Shown here piece after piece: positions 35,793-45,180 of a stretch of DNA of 62,854 nt. Each line of letters begins with the position of its first letter. The stretch's first letter is position 1. Source of the DNA: an uncultured archaeon. GTDB lineage: Archaea > Asgardarchaeota > Lokiarchaeia > Sigyniarchaeales > SOKP01. Under the pieces are notes generated by a model. The model saw only the letters and a program-made list of their open reading frames with translations, searched no databases and was not told the origin of the DNA. The DNA is taken from the NCBI GenBank assembly GCA_964508365.1, contig CAZDTP010000015.1:5285-68138 (forward strand), written 5' to 3'. The position numbers and the translations under genes were made by a program.

Positions 35793-36737
35793 TCATTCTA
35801 TTTCATTTTTCTTATAAATAAGTGGAACATGAACTTTTATCTTAGGTACAAATATTTTTGGGATTTTTATTTTTGGAATCGAAATTGAATTACTATGAAA
35901 TCCTCCTGAGCCAATTTTATTAATGTTTAAAATTGTTATTTCATTAGGAATTTCTTCTAATTTATCGGTGATAGCAGATTCTTGATCATTTTGACTTTCA
36001 ATCAACTGTATATTTTCTCTATTAGCATTAAGATTTATAAGTTCCTTTCCTTCTAGTAGGACACCTTCACCAATAATCTCGTCTTGATTACTCTCTATAT
36101 AATCTATCAGTTCAATTTTTTTAGCTTGCAAGATTTTCCGATAATCCTTAATAAAGTTTTCATAATTTGAGTAGCGTCTTAATTCTTCGTCCGAGAAAAC
36201 CCAACCTGTATTGGGATCGTATAGCATTCCCGTAATTTTTATATCATTGGGGATCTCTCTCGCGTTTCTGAACTTCTGGACTTGATTCTCAATGTTCTTA
36301 ATTTCATCAGTAAAAGTTTTGAAAAATTTCTGCATCTCAAGGAAAATGTTCAACCCAGATCTTCCAATCTTTTTTATTGAATAATCAGTTAATTTAATCA
36401 TCAGATTATGTAAATCAATTTTTTTCATTCCGCAATCGAGATGTCCTAAAACTGCTATGTATTGAATATTATATTTATGTATGGCAATTAATACAGATCT
36501 TAAAATATCTTCAGTATACACATTTCCAGCGTTTCTTAAAACAAACACATCTCCGGGTTTTAATTGAAATATTCGGTATACATCAATCCTTGGGTCCATA
36601 CAAGTAAGAATCAAAACAGGATATCTTGGGATTTTATAGTCAATTTGATTAGACTCCTCTTCTTGTATAATTTTCCATTGATAATGTTTATTACCTTCTA
36701 CTAAATATTGTTCAATATCTTCAATTTTTCCATTCAA
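35793..36737 (-). CDS. Beta-class carbonic anhydrase with C-terminal extension
   Basis: LTCMDPR, LRNAGN, GHLDCG zinc motifs, GMLYDPNTG. Confidence 0.9.
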   Translation of the reverse strand: MNGKIEDIEQYLVEGNKHYQWKIIQEEESNQIDYKIPRYPVLILTCMDPRIDVYRIFQLKPGDVFVLRNAGNVYTEDILRSVLIAIHKYNIQYIAVLGHLDCGMKKIDLHNLMIKLTDYSIKKIGRSGLNIFLEMQKFFKTFTDEIKNIENQVQKFRNAREIPNDIKITGMLYDPNTGWVFSDEELRRYSNYENFIKDYRKILQAKKIELIDYIESNQDEIIGEGVLLEGKELINLNANRENIQLIESQNDQESAITDKLEEIPNEITILNINKIGSGGFHSNSISIPKIKIPKIFVPKIKVHVPLIYKKNEIE

Positions 36738-36865
36738 AATTGATTCACTTTAATTCTAATTATAACTATCATAAGAAATTTTGTATCTAATTCTTGTTCT
36801 TCCTTCCTTCTTTAAGTTTTACCAATAATAAAAAAAATTAATATTTATAAAAAAAAAATTTACAC

Positions 36866-38038
36866 CTATTTCTGGACTAATAATTCTTGAACTTTAGACT
36901 TTAAATCTCCGTTACCTAAGAAATTCTTTATCTTATCTGAATATTCAGGTAGTAACTGCAGAAATGGTAAAATAGCTTTTGAAAGCGAGCTAAATGCTTC
37001 ATCGCCGCTACCCATGATAAACATTTTATCAGGACTTAAGTTTTTAAAGATCTCCGGTAAAATATTAACTAATTGAACCGCTAAGAATCTCTGATCGGCA
37101 CCGCTCATAGCTTCTACTTGTTCTTGGAAACCTTCAGCTTGAGCGAGCATTTGTTGTCTTATACTTTCAGCTTCACCCTCAGCTTGAGCAATTAATTTTT
37201 GCTTTATAGCAGATGCTTGAGCGTTAGCTTCAATTACTATCTTTTGGCGTTCACCATCCGCCTCAATTAGTTTACGCTCGCGTTCTTTGTCAGCAATTGC
37301 GATTTCTTTCTCTTTTCTACGTAATTCAATTTCTCTCTGAACTAATTGTTCTTGAGTCCCTATCTCGTTTTTTACTTCTAATTCTCTTAATCTTGATTCT
37401 TGTTCAGCGTTGGCTTCTGATACTCGAGCTTTTTTAAATTCTTCTGCTTTTTTTGTTGCTTCCATATTTTTTTTTAGCTCTGGTTCTAGAATATTTACTT
37501 CTTTAATCTCAATTGATTCGATAATAACTCCCCAATCAGCAGTCAATTCATGTAATTCTTTGCTGACAAGTTCGATAATTTCACGCCGTTCCCGAATTAT
37601 TTTCTCAAGAGGCATGTTCGCACATGTTGTTCTGATAATTGCTTCAGCGGCATTCGTTAAGATTTTTTCTACATAATTCTCATCTCGATCAACCCATGAA
37701 ACTGCACTAAAAGCTTTTTCAGGATCTATAACCTTCCATATTAACATTCCTACTACTGAAATATTCTGATATTCCATAGATACAACTTGTTCGTGTGCTT
37801 CTAAAATTGTTTGATTACTCGTAGTTGGGATTACAACATATTCATCTATTAATGGTAATAACCATATACTACCACCTAATCCCGCATGTTTTACTTTACC
37901 GTTTCTCAAATGGATAACAAATAGGTTAGTTTTAAACTTTCTATATCTTGTAACCATGAAAATTACGATCATAAAGAAAATAATTACTCCCGCAATAATT
38001 AGACCGACTATCCCCCCAGATATTTCTTGAAATAACAT
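36866..38038 (-). CDS. SPFH/band-7 flotillin-like protein
   Basis: N-terminal TM, SPFH domain (IWKVIDP, EAIIRTTCANM, WGVIIESIEIKEV), EA-rich coiled coil (AQAEGEAES). Confidence 0.9.
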   Translation of the reverse strand: MLFQEISGGIVGLIIAGVIIFFMIVIFMVTRYRKFKTNLFVIHLRNGKVKHAGLGGSIWLLPLIDEYVVIPTTSNQTILEAHEQVVSMEYQNISVVGMLIWKVIDPEKAFSAVSWVDRDENYVEKILTNAAEAIIRTTCANMPLEKIIRERREIIELVSKELHELTADWGVIIESIEIKEVNILEPELKKNMEATKKAEEFKKARVSEANAEQESRLRELEVKNEIGTQEQLVQREIELRRKEKEIAIADKERERKLIEADGERQKIVIEANAQASAIKQKLIAQAEGEAESIRQQMLAQAEGFQEQVEAMSGADQRFLAVQLVNILPEIFKNLSPDKMFIMGSGDEAFSSLSKAILPFLQLLPEYSDKIKNFLGNGDLKSKVQELLVQK

Positions 38039-38175
38039 TTTTTCTTTTTTTCCTCCTTTATTTATAATTTATTTCATTCTTAATCCATTTTTTTTTAAAT
38101 TTGAAAAATATTTTAAATATCACACTTTTGGTGCTTTTAACAACAAATTTTTACAAATTTTATTTATCAAAAAAA

Positions 38176-38367
38176 TTAACCTCCTAATAATGCAAAAATT
38201 GCGATAGTAAGTGTTAATCCGATTATTATTGCTGCATTAGCCAAAATTACTGAAATTAGCGAATTTTTGCGATATGTTTTTTGCTGAGATTTTGCTGAAT
38301 TTACATCTTGTCCATGAAAATAAATAATTTTTTTAGTCATTTTTAATTCTTTCTCACTAAAACTCAA
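38176..38367 (-). CDS. Small membrane protein in flotillin operon
   Basis: Single C-terminal hydrophobic helix; sits between the YqiJ-like and flotillin genes. Confidence 0.5.
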   Translation of the reverse strand: MSFSEKELKMTKKIIYFHGQDVNSAKSQQKTYRKNSLISVILANAAIIIGLTLTIAIFALLGG

Positions 38368-38374
38368 TTTTGGT

Positions 38375-39181
38375 TCATTTCCTCCTCTTTATTGATTTTT
38401 TATCGGTATCTACTAATAAATAATCGCCTTGGATATCGCATATATAGACTTTCGTTCCACGCTCAAAAATATCTGATTCCTGATAGGGCTTTACATGCAA
38501 TTTTTCAAACTTTAAAGGTGTTTGGGAGGGTATTTTAATTACACCCCCTCTCTTATCGACACTTAGTATTACTTCACCTTCTTTCCCTATTTGATTAGTT
38601 GCTGAAGATATCACATAATATCTAGATTTAGCCATTTTTTTCCACCCTACAGAAATTAATTTCGTAATTGTGTAGGTTATAATTGGAGTAATTACGAATA
38701 ACGATAATCTAAAGAATCCTCCTATAAGATAATACAACAAGATACCTGTTATCCCAAAAATTAATAATGATGTAGAAAACAATAACATGAAAGGAGCAGG
38801 AGTAGTATCATCAATGTGACCAATATCTTTAGAAGTATCTGCATGATCGAACTTATCTAAATGGTCTATATGATCGGGATGATCCATGTGGTCAAAATAA
38901 TCCAAGTGATCTACATGATCGAAGTGATCAATATGGTCGATATGATCTACATGATCGAAGTGATCTACATGATCGAAGTGATCAAAATGGTCGATGTGAT
39001 CTACATGGTCGATGTGATCTATATGGTCGATGTGATCTACATGGTCGATGTGATCTACTTGACTTGATGCTGAAGAATCATGAGTTGAAAGTTCAGCGAG
39101 AATCATTGAGATTATTGACATAATAATCCCCCCTATAAACAATCCTAAACAAATGCTAAAAAAAATATCATAAATATCCAT
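38375..39181 (-). CDS. YqiJ/NfeD-like membrane protein with His-Asp tripeptide repeat insert
   Basis: TM helices, C-terminal OB-like NfeD region (IGKEGEVILSV...GVIKI...GTKVYICDIQG), upstream of the SPFH gene. Confidence 0.8.
   Translation of the reverse strand: MDIYDIFFSICLGLFIGGIIMSIISMILAELSTHDSSASSQVDHIDHVDHIDHIDHIDHVDHIDHFDHFDHVDHFDHVDHIDHIDHFDHVDHLDYFDHMDHPDHIDHLDKFDHADTSKDIGHIDDTTPAPFMLLFSTSLLIFGITGILLYYLIGGFFRLSLFVITPIITYTITKLISVGWKKMAKSRYYVISSATNQIGKEGEVILSVDKRGGVIKIPSQTPLKFEKLHVKPYQESDIFERGTKVYICDIQGDYLLVDTDKKSIKRRK
38843..39058 (-). repeat. 9-bp coding tandem repeat, 24 units encoding (hydrophobic-Asp-His)n
   Basis: VDH IDH VDH IDH IDH IDH VDH IDH FDH FDH VDH FDH VDH IDH IDH FDH VDH LDY FDH MDH PDH IDH LDK FDH. 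Confidence 0.95.
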
Positions 39182-39187
39182 TATTTC

Positions 39188-39613
39188 TTACTCGTTAAAT
39201 CTCTCCATCTTTGCTCCACATTGATGACAAAAAACACTCTCTCTCTCAATCCTAGTTCCACAAAATTGACAGAAGTTTGCCTTTGGTTTTTCAAGTTCAG
39301 CATCCTCAATATATATAGGTCGAACTACAGAACTATTCGAAGTCTTAACGATATATGGATTTGATCTCGGAACTTCCTGAGTATAATACTGATATTGATT
39401 ATGAGACTTCGATGAACAACAGCTTGAGCGTCTTGAGCTAGCTGACGCAGCCCCAACTATTCCTCCTATAATGATAATAACAAATATCATTGGAAAAAAC
39501 GGCATGATACTAAAGAAACTGAATGGACTTAAACCAAACAAAAAAAATACACCTAAACCTAAGAAAACTACTAATCCTATTATAGAACCTACTATCGAAT
39601 TATTTCTCGGCAT
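39188..39613 (-). CDS. Membrane protein with C-terminal zinc ribbon
   Basis: Two N-terminal TM helices; CQFCG...CHQCG. Confidence 0.8.
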   Translation of the reverse strand: MPRNNSIVGSIIGLVVFLGLGVFFLFGLSPFSFFSIMPFFPMIFVIIIIGGIVGAASASSRRSSCCSSKSHNQYQYYTQEVPRSNPYIVKTSNSSVVRPIYIEDAELEKPKANFCQFCGTRIERESVFCHQCGAKMERFNE

Positions 39614-40022
39614 TTTTTTTATAATATATTTATCTCTATTTTTCTATATTTTTTTATATTTTATCATAAATAATTATTGTATGCAACTATTTAAATGTTT
39701 CGCACCAAGCAAAGATATTATCAGAACTAGTCTTAAACTATCTTTTTCTTTTTAATTTAAAAATATATATAATTATATTAAACTGCAAGAAACTAACCAA
39801 GGTGATTAAGAAAATTTTTAATTTTTTCTCCTTAAAGATAAATATATTTTTAAATATTCATAAAAAAAAAAAAACCTAGTATGCTATTATTATAACCCAA
39901 ATTACATAAAAGCTTAAAATTTATTAGTCTAATTGATTTAATATATTCATATATAAAAATAAATATATAGTTTAGTGATTAGCTAGAAAATAGGTAACAA
40001 TTAATTTTTGGAGGTGTTTTTT

Positions 40023-40751
40023 ATAGCAAAAAATCCTGACTCGATCGATGAAGAGAAAGAAATCGAGTCAAAAGATAAACCGATATATGTTAAGGTTGAT
40101 GATTCAACACGCAGTATCATTGATAAATATAAGAACTTGGGAACAACAATTTCAAATCTTGTAAAAGATGCAGTTGAGATGTACGACGATTATAATTCAA
40201 TTTTACCCGATGTTAAGGCAATTATTGATACATATAAAGAAGACGATGAAAAGGTTATTTCCTTTTTAGAACGCGCAGTTCAGTATTATGGTCAACAAAA
40301 GAACCTTGATCGCGATTTATGGGTAAGAGCTCGGGAAGAAATGAAAATGATGCTTATAGGAAAAACCACATTCAACCAATTAATAGCGGCAGCAGAGGCT
40401 CCTGAAGACGCTTTAAAAAAACCTTTTAAGAGAAATGTGGCTTATGATTTAATACTCTGGTACACGGGTAAACCTCTTAAAAACCTCACTATTGAAGATT
40501 TAATTAGCACCGTCCAAAAGATTTGGGTTGTGGCTAATTATTTTTTTGACATTAATGTCCATTATGAAAAAGGTGAGTATCATCTCTTATTCAAGCACAG
40601 ACAAAATAAAAGGTATTCTCGGTATTGGCTTGGATATTTTACAGAATTGTTCTCATCAGAAAATTTATCCTTTAAGTGCATAACAGAAGGTCAAGTGTTC
40701 GACGAAACGCTTTCAATGACTATTAAAGTCATTAATAAAAAAAGCACATAA
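40023..40751 (+). CDS. Putative transcription regulator: ribbon-helix-helix N-terminus plus V4R/ligand-binding-like C-domain; probable ATA start (ORF track starts at 40008)
   Basis: IYVKVDDSTRSIIDKYKNLGTTISNLVKDAVEMY is RHH-like. GGAGGTG at 40010-40016 lies inside the ORF-track N-terminus, 6 nt before ATA. Confidence 0.55.
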   Translation: MAKNPDSIDEEKEIESKDKPIYVKVDDSTRSIIDKYKNLGTTISNLVKDAVEMYDDYNSILPDVKAIIDTYKEDDEKVISFLERAVQYYGQQKNLDRDLWVRAREEMKMMLIGKTTFNQLIAAAEAPEDALKKPFKRNVAYDLILWYTGKPLKNLTIEDLISTVQKIWVVANYFFDINVHYEKGEYHLLFKHRQNKRYSRYWLGYFTELFSSENLSFKCITEGQVFDETLSMTIKVINKKST

Positions 40752-40978
40752 GTTTTCTCAATCCAAATGATTATTTTCTTAATAGCATTAGAATTAAATA
40801 CACTGGGTAACCCAAATTCAGAAAATCAGAGTTTACTCCCAGCTTTTTGTTTTAAACTCAATATGAAATCAGGTTTAAATAAGCTTTGACTTTTTATGGC
40901 AGCTGATATAAAAATTATTAACTTTTGTTACTTTAATCACTAATCATCATTAGTTCCAAGTAAAAGAGGATAACTTTA

Positions 40979-42469
40979 TTGGTTATTATATCAACTAAAA
41001 ATGGGAAAATAGAAGGAACTCAAGGGGATGGATTTCAATCTTTTCTGGGCATTCCGTACGCAAAACCCCCAATTGGGGATTTACGGTTTAGAGAACCTCA
41101 ACCTTTAGAACCATGGAGTGATGTTAAAAACGCAACGAATTTTGCTTTTATCGCCCCCCAAAATATTCCAGATGACCCTCCCATTGAGCAAGTTCAGAAT
41201 GAAGATTGCTTATATCTTAATATTTGGACTCCGAAGGCTGATAATAATTCTCGTCCTGTGATGTTCTGGATTCATGGTGGAGGGTATATAATAGGCGCGG
41301 GTTCAAGACCACGCCTTCATGGGAAAAATCTCTCTGTTAGTGGGGAGGTAGCAGTTGTAACCATTAATTATCGCTTGGGTGCTTTAGGGTTTCTCAATTT
41401 TCCAAGTATTCCTCCGAATCTAGGAATTCAAGATCAATTAGCAGCATTACGATGGGTTAAAGAGAATATTCAAAATTTCGGTGGTGATCCTAATAACATT
41501 ACTATTTTTGGAGAATCTGCTGGTGGTATGTCAGTTGCAATTTTACTTGCTATTCCCTCTAGTAAGGGGCTTTTTCACAAGGCTATAATTGAGAGTGGAA
41601 ATACCAATTCCCGTGATTTAAATATGGAAAAATCGAAGAAAGGTTGCGCTAAATTCGTATTAAAACTTGGTATTCGAGATGGCAATGTCGATGAGTTGAG
41701 GAGAATTCCCTTTAATAAAATAATGAAGATACAAAAAAAGGTTGTTGGGGGCTTAATTAATTTGGGGGGTAGTCCGTTTTGGCCTTTTGTGGATGGAGAG
41801 GTTATACCTGAACAACCGATTGAAATTATCCGCAAGGGCAAGAATCATCAAGTTCCATTAATAATCGGATATAATGAAAATGAACTGGGTTTCTTAACAG
41901 AAATTTTAAACGAATCGGGTGTAGTAAAAAAGAGTCTCATCATGAAATTAGTGCGTTCGAAAATCGAAAAGAGCATAAAAAATAAAGAGAAATCAAATGA
42001 ATTGATTGGAACATATAAGAAAGAACTAAAAACGAAATTTCCTGATAAACCATTAATGTACTGGGAAGCAATACTGTCTGACTCAATGTTTAAAATACCA
42101 ATTGTTCGGCAACTCGAAGCACACACTAAACATCAATCGGACATTTATTGCTACATTTTTTCTTACAAATCTCCTAAATTTGGATTCGCACTTCATTCTT
42201 TCGAAATACCTTTCGTGTTTAATACCATCGACAAGGAAGATTTTGCAAAAGGAGCTATCGAAAACGATGAAAATGCAAAGACTATAACTAAGAAAGTGAT
42301 GGATACATGGATAACTTTTGCCCGAACGGGAAATCCTAACAATAAGAATATTCCTAATTGGCCAGAGTATGAATTAGATAATCGCTATACGATGATTTTA
42401 AGCGTGAATCCAGAGGTTATAAAAACAAGCGAGGATATCCTCAGAGAGATTTGGAATGGTATACTTTAA
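40979..42469 (+). CDS. Carboxylesterase type B
   Basis: FLGIPYAKPPIGDLRF, EDCLYLNIWTP, WIHGGG, FGESAG, HSFEIPFVF. Confidence 0.95.
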   Translation: MVIISTKNGKIEGTQGDGFQSFLGIPYAKPPIGDLRFREPQPLEPWSDVKNATNFAFIAPQNIPDDPPIEQVQNEDCLYLNIWTPKADNNSRPVMFWIHGGGYIIGAGSRPRLHGKNLSVSGEVAVVTINYRLGALGFLNFPSIPPNLGIQDQLAALRWVKENIQNFGGDPNNITIFGESAGGMSVAILLAIPSSKGLFHKAIIESGNTNSRDLNMEKSKKGCAKFVLKLGIRDGNVDELRRIPFNKIMKIQKKVVGGLINLGGSPFWPFVDGEVIPEQPIEIIRKGKNHQVPLIIGYNENELGFLTEILNESGVVKKSLIMKLVRSKIEKSIKNKEKSNELIGTYKKELKTKFPDKPLMYWEAILSDSMFKIPIVRQLEAHTKHQSDIYCYIFSYKSPKFGFALHSFEIPFVFNTIDKEDFAKGAIENDENAKTITKKVMDTWITFARTGNPNNKNIPNWPEYELDNRYTMILSVNPEVIKTSEDILREIWNGIL

Positions 42470-42495
42470 CCTAAAAATCAGCATAACTTTCTTGT

Positions 42496-43638
42496 TTATT
42501 CAGAGTTAATTGAATCCCAGACAGCTTTAATAAGTCTCCCAGTTCTAGGATCTTTTCCTTTCATATACATTTTATTCATAGCATATCCTATACTTAGCCT
42601 TTTTTCTAGATCCATAATACATAAAGAACCTCCAGCTCCACTCCAGTAAAAACTTCGAGGACCTAGCAATAAATCATCATTTAGCAAACCAAAACCAAGA
42701 CCAAATTTAGCTGGCGCATACATCATTACGACATCACGTCCACTTATTTGCGGCTCAATAGCTTTTTCAACTGTAGATAACTTAAATATCATCTTTTTAT
42801 CAAACTTTCCCCCACATGCTAGAATTGATCCAACTTGAGCAATCGATCTCGCGTTTCCGTGTCCATTCGAGGCGGGTATTTCTGCAGAGCGCCAAGCTCG
42901 ACTATTAAAATCGGTATTTTCTAAATTTGGATTGTAGTATACTTTTACAGTTTTTTTAAAAAACAACTTAGCTAGAATGATTAACCATTTAGAAAAAACC
43001 TCTTCAGGAATGATTATTTTTGCTACTCTGGAATCGTAATTTTCTGATAATCCAATGTGGAGATCTATATCAAGAGGAACAGCAATCTCATCTCGAAAGA
43101 ATTCACCTAAACTCTTACTAGTTACTCTTCGTACTAATTCACCTAACAAGTATCCAAAAGTGATCATATGATATCCAATCTTAGTACCTGATTTCCACCA
43201 TGGTTTTTGTGAAGCTAATAAACCTGTAATGCGATCCCAATCGTATAAAGCTTCAACAGGGATTTTTTCATCAAATCCAGGCAAACCTGCGCTGTGACTC
43301 ATAAGGTGCTTAACGAGAACATTTTCTTTCCCCGCTTGTGCAAATTCAGGCCAATATTTAGCGACGGGAGCGTCTACATCAATTAAATTCCTATCAACTA
43401 GCAAGTGTATACATAGTGCTGTCATAACCTTTGTAGTTGAGAAAATATTCACAATAGTATCCTTTTCCCATTTTTTTGTTTGAGATGAATCAGAAAATCC
43501 TCCCCAAATATCTACTACTAATTCACCGTTTAATGAAACAGCAAAAGAAGCGCCTATTTCTAATCCCAATTTAAAATTTTTTTCAAACGCGTTTTTTACT
43601 GAAATAAAGCGCTCATCACAATATCCATCAATTTTCAT
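42496..43638 (-). CDS. Serine hydrolase, beta-lactamase family (EstB-like)
   Basis: FSTTK (SxxK), LMSHSAGL, GYH, WSGAGG. Confidence 0.9.
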   Translation of the reverse strand: MKIDGYCDERFISVKNAFEKNFKLGLEIGASFAVSLNGELVVDIWGGFSDSSQTKKWEKDTIVNIFSTTKVMTALCIHLLVDRNLIDVDAPVAKYWPEFAQAGKENVLVKHLMSHSAGLPGFDEKIPVEALYDWDRITGLLASQKPWWKSGTKIGYHMITFGYLLGELVRRVTSKSLGEFFRDEIAVPLDIDLHIGLSENYDSRVAKIIIPEEVFSKWLIILAKLFFKKTVKVYYNPNLENTDFNSRAWRSAEIPASNGHGNARSIAQVGSILACGGKFDKKMIFKLSTVEKAIEPQISGRDVVMMYAPAKFGLGFGLLNDDLLLGPRSFYWSGAGGSLCIMDLEKRLSIGYAMNKMYMKGKDPRTGRLIKAVWDSINSE

Positions 43639-43848
43639 CGTTTATATCCCTATCAACTTAAAATTCGAATTAGTAATAAATCTTTATGAATTTTTCTCAA
43701 GTACTCTAGAAATAGAATATCAAAGGCAAACTGAAAATTTATTAACCCTAACTATTGAATCTGGGTTTTACGACTTCAAAATTATCAATACCTAAATCTA
43801 ATGATATCTTACTAGGATAGAAAAAAAAGAGTTAGTTTTGATTAATAC

Positions 43849-43995
43849 TCATTCTGCTGAATCATCTTCTTGCATTATTCCTAATTTATTCCCTTCCGTA
43901 TCTTTAAATATGTAGAAATAACCTACCCCGGGTATCGTTATTTTGGATGAATCTAAAGTTTCTCCGCTCTCTTCTATTTTTTTGCTAAATGTGTT
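43849..43995 (-). pseudogene. C-terminal remnant of a VOC/glyoxalase-family gene
   Basis: KKIEESGETLDSSKITIPGVGYFYIFKDTEGNKLGIMQED* with no start; in-frame TAA upstream at 43998-43996. Confidence 0.7.
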
Positions 43996-44059
43996 TTATA
44001 AAAGAAATGTGCGCAACGCATGAGTATTGCGAATATTAAAATAAAAAAAAATATATTAT

Positions 44060-45040
44060 TTAAGGCAAAAAATCGTCGAAAGCCCAATAATGCTCTTCTT
44101 CTTGTTGAATAATATCTTCAAAAAGTTTTTTCGTTTTTATATCTCCAAGTCGCGTTGCTTCCGTGATAACTTTTCTGTATAACACAATGGCGTAATTTTC
44201 CGCCTCTCTATCTAGTTTTATAAAATCATCAACTGAATTTCCGATTTCAGGTAATGGATCAACTGTAGCTATAGATTCTCGATCAATTTCATAGATTCGT
44301 TCCGAAATTTTTTCCATGTGCTCCATTTCTTCAAGGAATATTTCTTTAAGAACTCCTGACACGACGCTTGCTTTGTTTTTTCCAGTAACAACTTCTAAAG
44401 CATTTTTCTTACGCCTCATTCGTTCTAATCCTTCAGCTTTCTCGTGTTGCGTTGTATATTGAACAACTGCAGAAATTTCACTAGCGAGAGCCTTATTGAG
44501 TAGCGTAATATATTCTTGACCGAATATGGATCTCCATTCAGAATCAGGAGTTTCTCCTAAATCTGGTTCATTTTCCATCTCTGAATAATCTTGAAACTTC
44601 AATAAGTGTTCTTCTTCGTCACTATATATCTTTGAAAATAAAACCCATGTTTCTCGATCTCCAATATTTTTAGCAGCTTCGATTAACTGGCGATATAATT
44701 CCAAAGCTTCTTCTTCTGCTTTTAAATCTAATTCAGCAAATTCTCTCATCGAATTTCCGATACTAACTCTGTCGGGTTTAGTAGTCGCCTCTCCACCCAT
44801 TAAATAAATTCTCTCCATTATTTGAGCGAGATGTTTCATTTCTTCAATCGCTAATTCTTTCAATATCTTTCCAAACTCGTCGTATGCTGTACTCTCCAGT
44901 AAATAGTTTTCTTTGATCACTTTTCTCTTCAGTTTTTCCATTTTTGTGTGTTGTAGCATGTATTGTGCGGACACTTGAATTTCACGAGCAACTGCTCTGT
45001 TTAATAGTGCTAAATACTCATTAGTAGCTTTTACAATCAT
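44060..45040 (-). CDS. Tandem (two-domain) bacterioferritin/ferritin-like protein
   Basis: Two repeats, each with di-iron ligands: AREIQ/EEMKH/AEEEA/DEEEH and ASEIS/EEMEH/AENYA/QEEEH. Confidence 0.85.
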   Translation of the reverse strand: MIVKATNEYLALLNRAVAREIQVSAQYMLQHTKMEKLKRKVIKENYLLESTAYDEFGKILKELAIEEMKHLAQIMERIYLMGGEATTKPDRVSIGNSMREFAELDLKAEEEALELYRQLIEAAKNIGDRETWVLFSKIYSDEEEHLLKFQDYSEMENEPDLGETPDSEWRSIFGQEYITLLNKALASEISAVVQYTTQHEKAEGLERMRRKKNALEVVTGKNKASVVSGVLKEIFLEEMEHMEKISERIYEIDRESIATVDPLPEIGNSVDDFIKLDREAENYAIVLYRKVITEATRLGDIKTKKLFEDIIQQEEEHYWAFDDFLP

Positions 45041-45180
45041 TTTAGATTCCTCTTCATAAAATTTACAATAAATAATGTTAGGATACTATTAAAAAGTTTA
45101 TTATAAAAAATTATAATACTGTGAGGAAAAGTTCGATCTTAACAGAAAAGTCTTTTAGCCAGAACATTTTAATTTAGAGT

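Noticed and set aside
38861-39067. Plus-strand ORF of (V/M)IYM repeats; array superficially CRISPR-like
   Set aside because: It is the antisense shadow of the 9-bp xDH coding repeat; there are no spacers or cas genes.
40814-40834. AAAT(T)CAGAG core of the 46-bp repeat seen again here, at 33759 and at 58907
   Set aside because: Matches are 9-12 nt and do not extend; a similar word also occurs inside coding sequence at about 42500.
43762-43815. Minus-strand KISLDLGIDNF resembling TnpB RuvC-I (weaker echo near 52905-52935)
   Set aside because: The match is only a few residues with no flanking similarity, and it is compatible with chance in AT-rich DNA.
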